Source: Gnetum montanum
Lineage: Eukaryota > Plantae > Gnetophyta
Length of the DNA: 64,000 nt
Reading direction: 5' to 3'
Assembly: GCA_015680685.1 (NCBI GenBank)
Contig: MNCI01000651.1
Coordinates: 1,727,832 to 1,791,831 of the forward strand
In this document: piece by piece, positions 39,248 to 53,104 of the stretch
Numbering within the stretch: the stretch's first letter is position 1
Layout: every line of letters begins with the position of its first letter
The notes under the pieces: generated by a model
The model's database searches: none
What the model saw: only the letters and a program-made list of their open reading frames with translations
What the model was told of the DNA's origin: nothing
Made by a program: the position numbers and the translations under genes

Positions 39248-40333
39248 TGTGAATGGGGAACTTAGAAGGGATGTTGAAGAAGTTTCCTAATTTAAAATGA
39301 ACCAGCCATAAAAACACACCAATATTATGTGGTTATGAAACTTGGGTATGTCCACACTTGTTGGGTAGAATCTGTGCACACCTTTGAACTTTGTTTCTTC
39401 AAAAATGTGGTTTGAAGGACACCACTCCATGTAGAAGCTTTAAGCTCTACTTTGGAGTGTTTCATCATTGTGAAACTAGTCAACCTCGTAAGGTCTTGAC
39501 AAGCTTAAAATGTTGTTTAGAGGATTCCCCAACCTTTATAAAATTGAGCTCTACTCTAGAATGTTTTGACATCATAAAACCACTCAATCCTAAAGGATCC
39601 TAACAAGATCAACAAGAATGTCTTCTAGCAAGAAGCACATCAACCCCATAGGGCAGCAAGAAAGAAAAAAAAGAACAAGGAAAGAATGTAACTAAAGTTA
39701 TAGATCCTTGTAGTTTAAGCTCAATACAATCACAATCAAGAAAATGATGTTACATTGCAAAGCAAGAAAAAATTTTCTTAGAATAGCCAATGATACAACT
39801 TTATGTGAACAGTTCTCACACAATCCCAAATATTTTGACATTGTCTTTTAGCCTCAGAGTTTCCAAAAACTCCTCAAAATTCATGTAACAACTACCAAAT
39901 GGCTAGTGCATATGTCTACTTCGAATTTTAGACAACTATCTGAGATAGCCCTCAATGTAGGAGAGACGTCTAGCTAAAAAGTGAGATGTCTATTGTGAGA
40001 GGCCAAGGATGTTTACTATGGAAGATAGATGTCTACTATTTTTTGAAGATGTTTACTCCACTTTTAAACTTTGAATTCTAAGGTATTTTCTAATCAATTT
40101 ATATTCTTGAAAGTCCTTGAAATACGTTAGTTTGATTTGTAGACTCCATTTTCATCCATGCTATCATCTTGCCCATGTAGTCTTAGTTTTAACATCTTGA
40201 CATAGATCTCATTTCCTTAAATTCTTAGATCTTTTTGTGAAGTTCTTGTTCATGCCATACAAAATCAAAATCACACACATACATTCTATATTCTTCATTT
40301 TCCTCAAGGTTTTGACATATCGAAGGGTTAACA
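39248..40333 (-). repeat. 5' LTR of SIRE-3
   Basis: TG...CA termini; adjacent PBS; followed by the TSD. Confidence 0.9.
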
Positions 40334-41169
40334 TCCTATTCTTGATTATTTTTTCCCTTCTTTGGAAAAGAAGACTCACCTCTGAATATCTTTTGAATGC
40401 CATTTGCAATCACATGAATGATCATTCATTATTTCTTAGTTACTATATTTAGATATTATTATCTTTGATTGTCCTTGAGTTTTTTCTTAAATTTGAAAAA
40501 ATATGTGTTAATGCCTCTAAGTGATTGCAATCTATGATCTTGGAGATTCTAAGATAGTTAATTATTCTTAAATTATCATTATTTCAATCATTACTAATGT
40601 TCACTACCTTAGTCATTTAGAATTTGGGAGGTTTTTTAAAGTATTTAAAATCATAGGTATCTTTCTTCCATAATGTAGATCTTAACTTTGATAGCTCATA
40701 GGTCTTTGAATAGCTTCGATTGGATGCTTGGTTCACAAGATATCAATTTTGGAAGGTCTCGGTTCTCTAAAACTATAAAATATCCTCCAGAAAAATGAGT
40801 GAAATATGATTAAGTATTGTGGTAATTTATAGTATTTTGGTCATGTGTTAATGTTGATGCATCGATGGGATTATAGTGGATAATTTTATTTTGTTTTCTT
40901 TGAAATTTCACTAATTCTTTGTAAATTCCTAGCCAAATGTAGGTTTGAATAAGAGTTGAAAGAACATTCAACATGTAAGAACACTATGGTTAAGTAGATG
41001 ACAAGTTAGGTAGATTAGCAAATCATAAGTCATAATTGTTGATGTGTTTAGCTGTTATTTTATGAACTATAGAGAAAATGAGAAAAATAGTGATGTAATT
41101 AATTAATGAAACTATTCTTAAATGACTAGGGTATGTGGAAGTTGTGCATAGACTAGATGTTTAAGAGTT

Positions 41170-42500
41170 ATATAAGTGGATCCTTCCCAAAGTAGGCTCC
41201 AGCTTGAAATGCCCTTGCATTGGCATCTTACAAGGTGTTTGTGGGCATGTTGAAGATTTAATATCAATTAAGGCTATGTTTCATACTCACATAATTGTTC
41301 TTATTAGGATCCTATGCTATACTAAATAAACCATCATGCATGTAATCATATGCAATAGTGAGATGAAAATAAAATAAGAAGGGATTGCAGAGATCCAGAC
41401 ATGAGATATTTTACCATGTTTATGATAGATTTTTGTGTCAATTTTGATTAAAATGATAATTATACCTATTCATACAGGTTTCAAACAAAGTTGATATCTT
41501 TCCTAGTGGTATCACATAATGTCATCCTAGACTCATTACCATGAGACTAACTACAATCACATGAAAACACCACTATAGAAAAGAAAATGAGAAGTTAGTT
41601 AGAGCATTAATTTTAAGGACTTTTGGCCATTATTTATAGGGGTGTCTTCAACCATGGATGCATGTCTTTTTGGCCTTATAGCCAATGCTAATCCCATTAG
41701 CATTGCACATTCATACATGTATAACACATCTTGCTCGTCATATGATAATGCTAATCTAAGAGACCTTGAGATTCTTAGAAGTAGCCTATCTTTAGACTTG
41801 GGTAACATGCCTTTTCAGTGGTACCTAAGAATATTTTTAATGTTAATTAATTAATTATTATGTTATCCTTACTAGAGGACTACACTTAGGCATTGATAAC
41901 ATGTCTTTCTAGTGACATAGTAAGGAAACAATGTTATTAGAAAATATAATTCTATTAAAATTAAAACATGAGTAATGGTTAAATACATGGAGTGGAAATA
42001 CCCATAGAGTAACGACAATGAATTAGAAAATCCCTTTGGTACCATACACTTTTTCATTCATCCTTGCTTCTTTTCCTTTTCTTCAAGACATAATGATTAT
42101 GAGTTAATTTCAGTTTCATGTGTGACTAACAATATTACTTTCATGATGAGAACCTTTTAATTCATACAAGTGAATGGATAGATGACAGGGTCTTACTTTT
42201 TACATGATTACTGAAAATATATCTTTATAGCATAGGAAATTATCCAAATAAGAAAGTTAATTTCTACACAAAAATAATATTTTTTATTAAAAATTTATAA
42301 TATGATTAAAAGAAATACAAAACATAAATAGCAAAACATAACAAGACTCAAATAAAAGGTGTAAAATGAAAGAAAATTATAAAACAAAAAGGTATAAAAT
42401 GGAACCTCACTAGGTATTAAATTGGATTGGTACCTCCCCTACAAATAGGTTGGAAGGTGGAGATACAAAGATTAGAATAAAACTTAGAAGTGGTATGGTA
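41170..42500 (-). mobile_element. degenerate Athila internal non-coding fragment (D)
   Basis: Colinear similarity to element B 48690-49800, e.g. GTGGATCCTTCCCAAAGTAGG versus GTGGGTCCTCCCCAAAGTAGG and AGAAGGGATTGCAGAGATCCAGACATGAG versus AGAAGGGATTGTAGAGATCGAGACATGAG. Confidence 0.7.
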
Positions 42501-42699
42501 TCTATGGAATACATAACAACTCAAGAGTCATTAAGAGGTTTAATTTTTTGTATGTTGACTAATATGAGACATTGTGAGTAGTTAAAATGGTATTTTTATG
42601 GTGTTATATTTAATGGTAGAATGTTGTAGGATTGTTTTCACATTTTTTGAAATTTGGTAAGTTGAGGTACATGAGTGGGGTTTTAATAAAGAACCATAT

Positions 42700-43560
42700 C
42701 TTTAGGTTAAAATTCTACTTGTCTTATCTTATCATTAGATCATTGCTTAGTATAGGTCTTATGCACTATGTTCATCATAAGGGCTACTTTTTAGTTCTCA
42801 TTTAGTACTTTGAGATTCATGAGTTATTCTTTCTATTCTAGGATAATGTTGAGGTTAAGCTCATAATATGTGTTAAGTGTACATAGCTTAGATTGAATAT
42901 GAAGTTTTGGTAGCTTGTCATACACTAGTTCAAATGGGAAGTAGCCTATAGGAAGCTACTAGATGGAGTGATAAGCCCATAAGGCATCATTGAGTTTTGT
43001 GCTATAGATTAGCTATATCTACTGATTCTCTTAGTAAGGGTTCATGTGATCTCCCTATTGGTTACTTTGACTTAATAGTTAGCTTGAGGGTGATAAAGAG
43101 TAGTGGGATACTATTGAGGATAAGTAGTAAGTTAATATTGATTTAGTGGTATGTTCAAAGAATAGATAGAAATAATTAGAGAAAAATTGAAGATTGAATA
43201 GGATCACTATGTTAAATATGCTCATTTCGAGTGTAGACCACTGAAATTTATTATTGGTAATATGGTATTACTAAAAGTCTTACTATTGAAGATATTAATG
43301 AGATTTTATTGGGAAAAAAATTTAATGTCAAGATATATTGAACAATTTAAAATTTTTTAATGAGTTAGTAATATACCCAATTAGCTTAAGTTACTACCAT
43401 AATTGCAAAAAATATATGATGCTTTTCATGTTTCTATGTTAAGAAAGTATATTTCATATCTTGAGCATGTCAGAAAATGATAGAATTTTTAACTATAGTC
43501 AAATGTCATATGTGAAGAAATATTAGTGCATATGATAGATTGAATTATGAGAAATCTAAA
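42700..43560 (+). pseudogene. chromovirus (Tekay-like) integrase C-terminal remnant
   Basis: RPLKFIIGNMVLLKV...SRYIEQFKI...IYDAFHVSMLRKYIS, the GPY/F-module region. Confidence 0.75.
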
Positions 43561-43619
43561 AAGCTTATTTCAACAAAATGATATTGGGTACAAGAGTTCT
43601 TTTTCATCATTAATATATA

Positions 43620-43929
43620 TATAGAGATAGATATTTATTTATTTAGAATTATTCGAATCATCTTCAATCAATTTTCCATGTCTTTTTTAGTCTTCTTTTC
43701 AAGGGCTTTCCTTGAATAGTGATGCAGTAATCTTTATTTATAGGCTCATTATGTCATCCTTTTTACACATGCCTAAATCATGTAGTACATTATTTTAATA
43801 ACTTATCTAAAATAGAAATCATTCTAAGTCTTTCTCTAATGTATCTAATATTCAATTTATCTCATCTAGTAATGGTCAACATCCATCTAAGCATTTGCAT
43901 TTCTACCACATTGATTTCTTATTCATGCC
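43620..43929 (-). mobile_element. RTE-clade LINE, 3' part (split by element B)
   Basis: INVVEMQMLRWMLTITR-DK...YIRERL...FRHV matches plant RTE VAEMRMLRWxxGxTRxD...WFGHV. Confidence 0.8.
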
Positions 43930-44793
43930 TGATGAGCAGTAAGGTACCCCTACACTCAACCATATGAATACAAACATGTATGCATGATCTGGTCAAAATC
44001 TACAGACAGAATAGTTGTGGTATCTAGATAGTTACACGTTGATTGTAGTTCGCTATCTTCCCACTTGAACTAGTATTTGCTTTGTCACATATGGTTTAGT
44101 CTAAAGTGAGGTGAATAATGGGATCCTAAAATAATGCTACTCCTAGATACGATGGGAATAATCTTAATTAAGCTAATGAACAATGGAAAATGAAATCTAT
44201 GCTAACCCTAAGTGCAATGAGCATCTGTTCTTAATCATCCACACCCATCTTGAATCTCATGTACTACTTTTGGGATTACCAAGCACACATTACTTGAGCA
44301 CTTCTAGATACACTAGTGGGTTACCAAGTAGTTACACTTAAATGTTCATGATTATGTTGTACTCATTCCATGTTAATCAATAGGTAGTGTAAATGACAAT
44401 AAAGGAAATATGTACTAAAAAGACAATAATAAATAATTAACAATTAAAGTAATTAAAAGCTAAGTGAATGCTGCAATGATGGAGTAATATCAATCTTTAC
44501 TGTCAATCATGTGCGTGTCCAAGTATGTCACACTCGAACAAAGGTTTTGTACAATTACAATCATCACACTACGGGCATGCACTTGGGAAAGAATTGAAAT
44601 TAACTGAAAACTAACAAAAAGACTGTACCCTTAGACTTACCAACTCCCTCTCTTCCTATGTGCTTGAATGTTGTATTTACAGGCCTACAAAAGAATCAAA
44701 ATATCATGTATTCGATATCATTATCTAGGCTATGATATCGAGTACCTGATATCGAGGATCCAATATCTAGGCATGGCAAACCATAATTCATCA
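43930..44793 (-). repeat. 3' LTR of element B
   Basis: TGATGA...TCATCA; direct repeat of 52233-53104. Confidence 0.95.
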
Positions 44794-44897
44794 TACCCAC
44801 ACAACTGAATATTAACTTGTCCTCAAGTTAAACAAAATGAAAACGAGTTCAATTGATTACATAGTGGATAGGTATGAGATTATTGACTAACTAGGAA

Positions 44898-47783
44898 TTA
44901 CTCATGCCGCAGTGTGGGATTGAATAAAACAAAATTGAAACATAAACAGAAAATTACAAAAGGAAAAATTTGTTGGAACTCATGTGGTTCCTGGCGGTGG
45001 TGGCTCCTCCATGGCTCCCTTTCCATTCTCTTGTGCTCTAGGATTTGGAAATGGATGTCTTTGAAGAGCACTTGGAGCTTTTCTTCTTCAGTCTGGGGAT
45101 CTTGTGCCATCCATGCTAATGCTCCAATGTTTGATGGAGTCGGCACCTCCCATGGGCATAGTAGTTGCAGGAACATCTGATTGGCCTTGAAATACCAAGC
45201 TGCAAACAACCGTCGTTCCTCTTCATAGGCTCTTTCTTTATCCTTGCATTCTTGATAGTTCATGAGCCATCAAGCCAAATCCACTGTGACATCTTTTTAT
45301 CCTTGGTAGTTGGTTTTGGCCACCTCTAATTCAGAATTTGCTACTTCTAATCTTTGTAATGTCTTCTTGTATTCAGAAAATTCTATTTCATATTTAGCGT
45401 AGGTGGTTGCTACTGGCTTCTCCAATTTTGTTCTTGAGTGTCTTGTTGTCAACATGGCTAAGTTGGCATACTGCAAGTTTGCCAACTCCATGTCCTCTAT
45501 GAGATCTTATATCTACAGATCCTAGCCTTTTAGTTTTGCTTGGTGGACGAAGGCATAAGTATCCAATATGGCCCACCAATTAATGTTTTGAGCACTGAGA
45601 GTGTTAATATGGGCTTTGGCCATATGAATTTCTTTTTTAATTACCTATTTGTACATCCCCACCTAATCTTTGAAATGCTACTTGAGCTTTTCATGCTACT
45701 TGGCCTCATTCTGCTATGTTCTTACTTCAATCGTCGTCTTCTGGTGGATCGTGCGTACCTCCTCCATTGAAAGGGTTCTATTTTCTTTGGCCAAATGATT
45801 GATATCCTGGTTGACACTTATTAATTGTTCTCAAAATTGCTGAAAATTTTTCTTGAGAACATTCTTTTTTTTTTCTACTATGGTCTACTGAAGATTTTCG
45901 ATGGCAAGGTGTTTATTTTCTTCTTCTGAGGCCTTAAGTGCTTTTTCATGTGCATACGTTTGAGCTTGTGCCTTAGAAGCATCCCAATCATCCTTCTCTT
46001 TTTCCTCTGCCATTTTTTTATTCTCTTATAATAATTTAGTTAGTTGCTTGGTCTAAAAGGATTCTAGCTAGTCTACAGGGATAAATTGGGATGGATCCTG
46101 CTATGCAGCTTGCAGGATGATGAGGTTTTCTTCGAGTCTTTTTAACTACTCCTCTGCATGTTTAGCCCTAAGTCTGCCATGACTAGCTTTCCTTTTGTAG
46201 AGATGAGGTCTGACTATGTTGCTGTGACATCTTGAGGGATTTCAAACAAGGACGTCATTACTTATCCTATTTGCAACAACCGATCTAGAACATCCTCATT
46301 ATCTATAGGAGTCATTAAGGGACCGGCCAAGGTTTGAGCATTGCATGCTCCTATAAAATCTATCAGTGGCATAATAGGGACATTAAATGATTATTTTATG
46401 TGGTCTATGACCACTTCTGTTGCTCCCATTGCATCTTGGTGCTGCATGACCACTACTGTCATGCCTTCACCAGTTTCTAGTTACACTTGAAAGGATAGGA
46501 TGTAGCATTTCCAGAGATCTGTTGTGACCAGTGTGATTTCCTTCCTTCTGTTTGGATGGACACCTTGCCCCATGCGTAATCAATTGAGACTATGGATTGT
46601 ACAACATCATCAATGATCTTGAAGATATTGGCTTCATCATGGCTTCCCCAACTAATCAATTTAGCGATGGCCTTGAGATGGCTCATTGACGGTTAATAGT
46701 CCTATGACAGTGGTGGTGATTGGTCTTGCTAGCCTATAGTTTTGTGCTAGGCCCCACTTCCTATTGTTGACTAGGCCTTGTTTCTAGAAGTTAGCTAGGC
46801 CCTACAGTTTGAGGTGCAATGGGCCCCATCATCTATTCTTGCTCAGGTTCTAGTGTCTCACCAGCACTTTTCCTTGGGGTTGGTGGCTTCAGTAATTCAA
46901 AAAATGAGGCATTTTGAGCTTTTTTTGGGGACATCATTGGTATACCCAAAAATTCTAGCATGTTAGCTTAGCTTCCTAATTAGGTAAAGAAAAGGCAATA
47001 AGAACTTCCCTGTCTTATGTTCTTCAAACTGCCTTAAAATTTTTGTGATATATAGATGGGGTAGGTTGGCATCAACCTTGTCCATCGAGATGGTACTTTC
47101 TCTAGCTACATAGGTGAAAATGCTATTCAATCCTTTTGTTGGGAAAATGTGATATGTGCCAATTTTGAAATAAATCCTCTCTTCAAGTGTGAGCTCTCCA
47201 TATGCTTTATCCTCCTTGCCGTATGTCCTCTTTAACCATATCTTGCGTGCATTTGCATCAAAGGAAGTGGATAGGTGAGCAACCTTGGGCCTTGTATTCA
47301 GAAGATTCAACACTTCCAAAATGGCCTTGGTAGAGAAATCAATAAAATCCTACCAATATCAACAGTCGTGGCTTCTTCCTTGTTGTGCCAAAATTGGTAC
47401 ATCTCCCCTAGGTACCAATCACCACTCTCAGAGAGAACAGGCCACAGTGGAGATCCTTTAAGTTGGTCTCTAATTGCCTCAAGGGAACATTTAGTGAAAG
47501 GTCTAAAATTGAGTTCCACAATCACAACTGCTGATTTGGACCTTTCATGAATTACCTAAACACATTTTGGAGACAACGTGAGATGTTGTCCTTGTTCAGG
47601 TGCGCTACTATCTCCACCTTCGGCATGCCTCAATTGTGTAGTGATAGGAGGTTCTTGATGAATGCTAAATGATTGTGCCTCCTTCTCTGTGTGTTCTTTG
47701 GGAGGTGCTTCATCTCTACCTCTCCTTGGTCATTTGGATGCACCCTAAGAGGGTTCTCCTTGTTGTCCTCTTTTAGGGGCCAT
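44898..47783 (-). pseudogene. Athila ORF2 (env-like/accessory protein), ~960 codons, disrupted
   Basis: Starts MAPKRGQQGEP at 47783; fragments 47307-47525, 46963-47319, 46477-46686, 45297-45491 (coiled-coil-like) and 44898-45263; sense to gag and just before the 3' LTR. Confidence 0.75.
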
Positions 47784-48284
47784 TTGCAATCACGCATGAT
47801 TGATTATTAGTAAGGTTATTTACAAAATTAGATTAATACCTTACTCCTTGCCCTTAATAGATTCATTTCTTTCTTAGTGTGATTCAGAGTTAGAGATTTT
47901 CATGAAAATTCCCTTAAAATTTTGATATTGGGCCCAATTTTGATTATTTGACTTCAAAAAATAATTTTCATGGTCTGGGTGAAGAAATAAAATTAATTTG
48001 GCAAAACTTTTTAGCATTTTTAAGGTCACTTACACTTTGATAATATTCTTCGGGCAACAAAAAATTTCAAAAAAACTACATGCAACTTGAAGTGTACCCT
48101 TCTTCCATGACCAAGTTAAATACTCTAGGTTTAAGTAAGTTCGATCGGAATAAGAATTGGAGCATTAATGAGCAAGTTATTGATGTTTGAATGATAGGAC
48201 TGCAAGCTATAAAATTTGTGGAAGAAAATTTCAACAACTCCCCTTGCATGAACAGTGAAAAATGACCTTGACGTGTGTAGGGGG

Positions 48285-48380
48285 ATCCATATATATAGTT
48301 TTTATAGACACAATATCGTGTACCCGCTAGTGTGGACCTGATATCTCATTGGATTCGATATCAGGTACTCGATATCATGT
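48285..48380 (-). promoter_or_regulatory. putative internal promoter of ORF2 (TATA plus GATATC array)
   Basis: TATATATA at 48290-48297 with a GATATC cluster upstream; 48355-48378 is the exact reverse complement of LTR 44732-44755. Confidence 0.6.
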
Positions 48381-49769
48381 CCCTTTGAAAATAAGGTACT
48401 TGGCAAAATTTCTGAATTTTTGAATTTCCAAGGTCAAAAATGAAGGATAAGGTTAATTTGAAAGATCTAGGGTAACATTGAAGAGACCTAAAGGCACTAG
48501 AAGTGAAATGAAGTGGAATTTTACAATGAAGTTCATGAATAGGGTAAGGAAAAAGTACATGTAGTGGTGCACAATAATGTTTGAATTAAAGTGACGATAA
48601 AGGGAAAGATAATTGTAGCAATGCAATACTTGGAGGGTGTAAGATGATGTGGTGATTTGCAAAGAGTGAAAATTACAAAATTTACGCAAGTGGGTCCTCC
48701 CCAAAGTAGGTTCCTACCTATCATGCCCTTACGTAATGACACCTAAAAATGTCCGTAGGTAGTAAAAGGGTTAAATGAAATCCACACTAGTGCAACAAAA
48801 CACACACATGCAGATACCATTGTGATGAGGTATGAATTCTATGTTACACAAGACACAAGTCAAAACTACATAAATAACAAGATGAGATGAATCATAGAAG
48901 GGATTGTAGAGATCGAGACATGAGGTAACTGACCTTGGGCACAATGAATCGTGAGTGTAGTGTGTGATTAATGTATCATTAGATCATTTCTCCAAGATCA
49001 AGACCAAGTACATGCCTCTAATCAGTGACATCACATTGTTTCATCTAATGATGGATAACCATAAGAGCACCATAATAGTAAGGCATACAATCACTTGGCA
49101 TTTTGTCCAAGGGAGCAGTGAGTTGGAATTTCTTTATGGCACATTTGTCTTTGGTCTTTTCTTTGATGTTTTCTTTTCTTTTCTTCTTTTCTTCTTCTAG
49201 TTGCTTTGGCACTTTGTCCTTTTCAAAAGTAAATCAAAGAAGCCACCAACCTTCAGGCATGGGTGCATGTCTTTCTAGTGGGATCCCTAGAACAACATTG
49301 AGTTTCTTTATTGAATGCCTTTATTACTCTTACTTTCATTTTTTGTTAGATCTACAAGGACCTTAGTACAACCAAGCTACATGATAGCACCAACAGATGT
49401 CACTTAAGAGAATCCACAAATCCCCTTGATGTTACACCTTGGCCATTCCCTCTTAGTCCATCATTTTTTCTCTGGGCATAATGAGCACAAAATTACTTTA
49501 AGTTTTAATGATGACAAGAATTTCATTGTACCCAAAGTGGAACCTCTTATTAATAGAATGGATGGGTGGATGTTATGGGCTCACTATCCAAATAATTAGT
49601 TTCCTGAGACTTGATAGCATAGAACAACACCTCACCTGACAAGTCACATGAGTATTTTATTCACCGATGAGATTACCCTTTAATAAGATAAAACAACAAA
49701 TTGGAAATGAAAAAATAAAAAAAAATTGTAAAATAAAAAAAAAGGAAAAATGTTTACTAATTCTACTTG

Positions 49770-52100
49770 TTAGAATGAAGGATATGCCCCATAACTAAAC
49801 TTTTGAGCATGGCTAGAATTAATAAATGGAAAATGCAGATCCATGCATGTTGAAAATATTGGAGTCAGGTCATATCCAAACCACTGGGTGTCTTTTGATG
49901 TGGTTGCTAGAATGTACCCAACTTGGGGTTCACACACTTGGTTAAAGTTGGCATAGTGGGGCAAATTATAAGATGTGGTCATGTGATAAGGAGTTGACCC
50001 ACTACGACACCCGTGACCATAAGATGGTATGCAAGGATCAATATGTCTCCCTACATGGTTATATTCACTCACCCTCATGGTTGTTGGAGTATTGATTGGT
50101 GGCCCTGATAAGGTAACTAGAGGCATTGAGTTCAAGGGAGAAGATGCATCACAACATTGGACTTGTGTTGAGTTGTTGGATGTAGTGGTTTTATAACCAT
50201 GCTATCTCTTTCTACAGTCATGCCTAAAGAAATGATGCTTTCAACATTGTGGAGGACCTCCACTGCTATTGATAGTAGCAACACAAGTAACGTTCGTGAG
50301 TTGGTGCTATGGTGTAAAACCTTTTGGCACAATTGGTGGTGATGTAGAAGAAGGCGAATGATGAGAATATTGAGGGCGAGGAGAAGTGTAAGAAACATGA
50401 GGTGGTGATCTTGTTGGAGAGGACATGGGTTGATAGTACTTAGGAGAATGATAATGATGTGGTGAAATAGAGGATGTTGACATAGTTGGGGAAACAAGAT
50501 GCTAAACATAATAAGCACTTGGGCTCAAGTGGTATGAAGGGTGTGACTAGTTTGATGGTGGCCTCCCCCATGATTGGGGTTTTTGCCATTGTGGTTGAAC
50601 ATGGTATTTTTGTACAAAATCTGGATGTAACATTCCTCCCCAATGCTCATGTAAATGTGACAAGATTGGGCATTGGCCTTTAGGGTGATCATATAGGAAA
50701 ACATTACATTGATACGAGTGATTTATAGTTGAGCTCTTATCCTTATTTTCTTCAACCCTTCTTTTCGATTGTCGAGTGGTGTCTGATCTTGTTTCTTGGT
50801 TGGGCATGGTTCCACCTCTAATAATGTTGGCATATTCTCCACATTTTTCATGTACCCATTCCATCATCTTATTGACCTTTGCCTTAATTTCATCTAGTGA
50901 CTATAGTGTTAGCAAAGATGGAGATTCCACCTTCTTGGGATGAGTTGATTTCTCCTCTTCATAATCATGGACCTCTACTATTTTGAGATTTTGGTCCTAT
51001 TGAGAGCTTTCAAAATTCTCCCATTTAGCTATTTCTCCTTATTCTCTTGCTACATGCTTAATAAGCTCTTGGAATTGGTGGGTTCATAGTTCATATAGTT
51101 GACATGAGGCATACATCCCTAGGGTCTCCCTTGTTTCATTACCAAGCCCATCCATGATGTGATACATTAGCATTTCCTTAGAGAACCCATGGCCTGGGAA
51201 ATTCTTTAATAATGAATAATATATTTCAAAGGCCATGTCCAAGGGTTCATGCTGCCCTTTTTTCCACTCTTGGATTTGTCTCCTCAAGGTTGACACTCTT
51301 GCATAGGTTTGATATCTTTCAGTGAAGAGTTCTATCATTGTTGGCCAACTACGAATTGATTTTGATTTTAAGGACATATACCATACTTTTGCTTGGCCAA
51401 CAAGTTTCATAGGAAATGGCTTAAGTATTTTCCACCCATTATCAATATTTTTCCATACACAAGCATCCTGGAAGGCTTGTAAATGATGTTGTAGATCTAA
51501 ATCATAGCCTCTTGAAAACTTGGGAAAGTTATTTAAATCAAGCCTAGGTACATGACTTTCCTTGTGATGCCTATGGAATATTTGAATACCCTCTTGTATA
51601 TGCATTAGGCTCTTAGTGGCCAATAGGGGTTCATTGTCACTAGGTAGGTTATGAATTTGTGAGTTGGAACGATGTCGTCTTTGTTCATGTTGGTGTTCTT
51701 AACCTTGCTTGTGGGCTCAATTTTTATTTCTACGCTAACCCCTTGAGAGATGGTCATCCATGTCATGACTTAACATCAAAGGAGTAGATGAAGAGAAAGA
51801 ATTGGAAGACTCATCATGAATTTCTTAAGTCTCCAATCATCCCCAAATAAATTCTTGTTAACCATTGAGAAGGTCCTAGGCCTTACAACCCCCCTCATTC
51901 TATGGGATGCCCCATCCTCACTAGAGGTGTTAGAGTTGGATGATAAGAGTTCTTGAGTATTGTTGGGGTGTTCATGAACATAGGAGACCCCTACATGAGA
52001 TTGAGTACACCAAAATTTTTCTTCATCATCATATATTTCATTGGTTCTCCAATGAATTGCCTCACTAAGTGTTGCGTTATCAGTCTTGTGAGAGAGACAT
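49770..52100 (-). pseudogene. gag: gag of element B with a Pro/His-rich tail
   Basis: ORF 51084-51623 (DLQHHLQAFQDAC...GQAKVWY...GHGFSK); degenerate knuckle CNVFLYDHPKGQCP. Confidence 0.88.
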
Positions 52101-52232
52101 GGTTGTGAATTGTGTGTGACTTATTTGCAATTACTTTCTTTCTAAAAGATATATCATCAAGGATTTGTTACAGTAATCTTGGATGATGTAACTACTCTAA
52201 ATAACTAGCACCATCCCTGAAAAAGGCACCAA

Positions 52233-53104
52233 TGATGAGTGGTAAGGTACCTCTACACTCAACCAATCGAATACGAGCGTGTACGCACGATCTAGTCGAA
52301 CTTCGCAGATGGACTAGTTGTGGTATCTAGATAGTTACATGTTGATCACAATTCATTGTCTTCCCACTTGGACTAGTATTTGCTTTGTCATGTATGGTTT
52401 AGTCTAGAGTGAGGTGAATAATGGGATCCTAAACTAATGCTACTCCTAGATTCAAGTGGAAACAATCTTAATTAAGCTAATGAACAATGGAAAATGAAAT
52501 CTATGCTAACCCTAAGTGTGATGAGCATCCATCCTTAATCATCCGCACACATATTGGACCTCATGTACTACTTTTGGGATTACCAAGCACACATTACATG
52601 AGCACTCCTAGATACACTACTGGGTTACCAAGTAGTTACACTTAAATGTTCATGATTAAGTTGTACTCATTTTGCGTTAATCAACAGGAAGTGTAAATGA
52701 CAATAAAGGAAATATGAACTAAAAAGACAAAAATAAACAATAAATAATTAACAATTAAAGTAATTAAAAGGTAAGTAAATGCTATAATGATGGAGTAATC
52801 TCAATCTTTATTACCAATCATGTGTGTGTCCAAGTACATCACACTCGAACAAAGGTTCTGTACAATTACACTAATCACACTAGGGGCATGCACTTGGGAA
52901 AGAATTGAAATTAACTAAAAACTGACAAAAAGATTGTACCCTTAGACTTACCAACTCCCTATCTTCTTGTGCACCTGAATGTTATATTTATAGTCCTACA
53001 TAGGAATCATGATATTGTGTATTTGATATCATTATCCAGGCTATGGTATTGCATACTCGATATCAAGGATCTGATATCAAGGCCTGGCAAATCACAATTC
53101 ATCA
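52233..53104 (-). repeat. 5' LTR of element B
   Basis: TG...CA termini; adjacent PBS; followed by the TSD. Confidence 0.95.

Larger units (their letters stand above)
34884..40333 (-). mobile_element. Sirevirus-like copia SIRE-3: both LTRs present, gag only (no pol)
   Basis: LTRs 34884-35971 and 39248-40333; TSD TCCTA; PBS TGGTATCAAATC at ~39234-39245; PPT 35972-35985 with a second at ~36335-36346; no protease, INT or RT motif seen. Confidence 0.92.
34380..41150 (-). pseudogene. very degenerate Tat-like gag-protease (Tat-5), split by SIRE-3 (pieces 34380-34883 and 40339-41150)
   Basis: IIHVIANGI (~40395-40425) resembles Tat VIHVIxGG; a protease-end-like ...ILHTPIRKPPWIN lies at ~34400-34450. 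Confidence 0.4.
43930..53104 (-). mobile_element. Athila-like element B, non-autonomous: gag plus env-like ORF2, no pol
   Basis: LTRs 43930-44793 and 52233-53104; TSD ATGCC; degenerate Asp PBS at 52214-52231; no PR, RT, RH or INT motifs between gag and ORF2. Confidence 0.93.
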
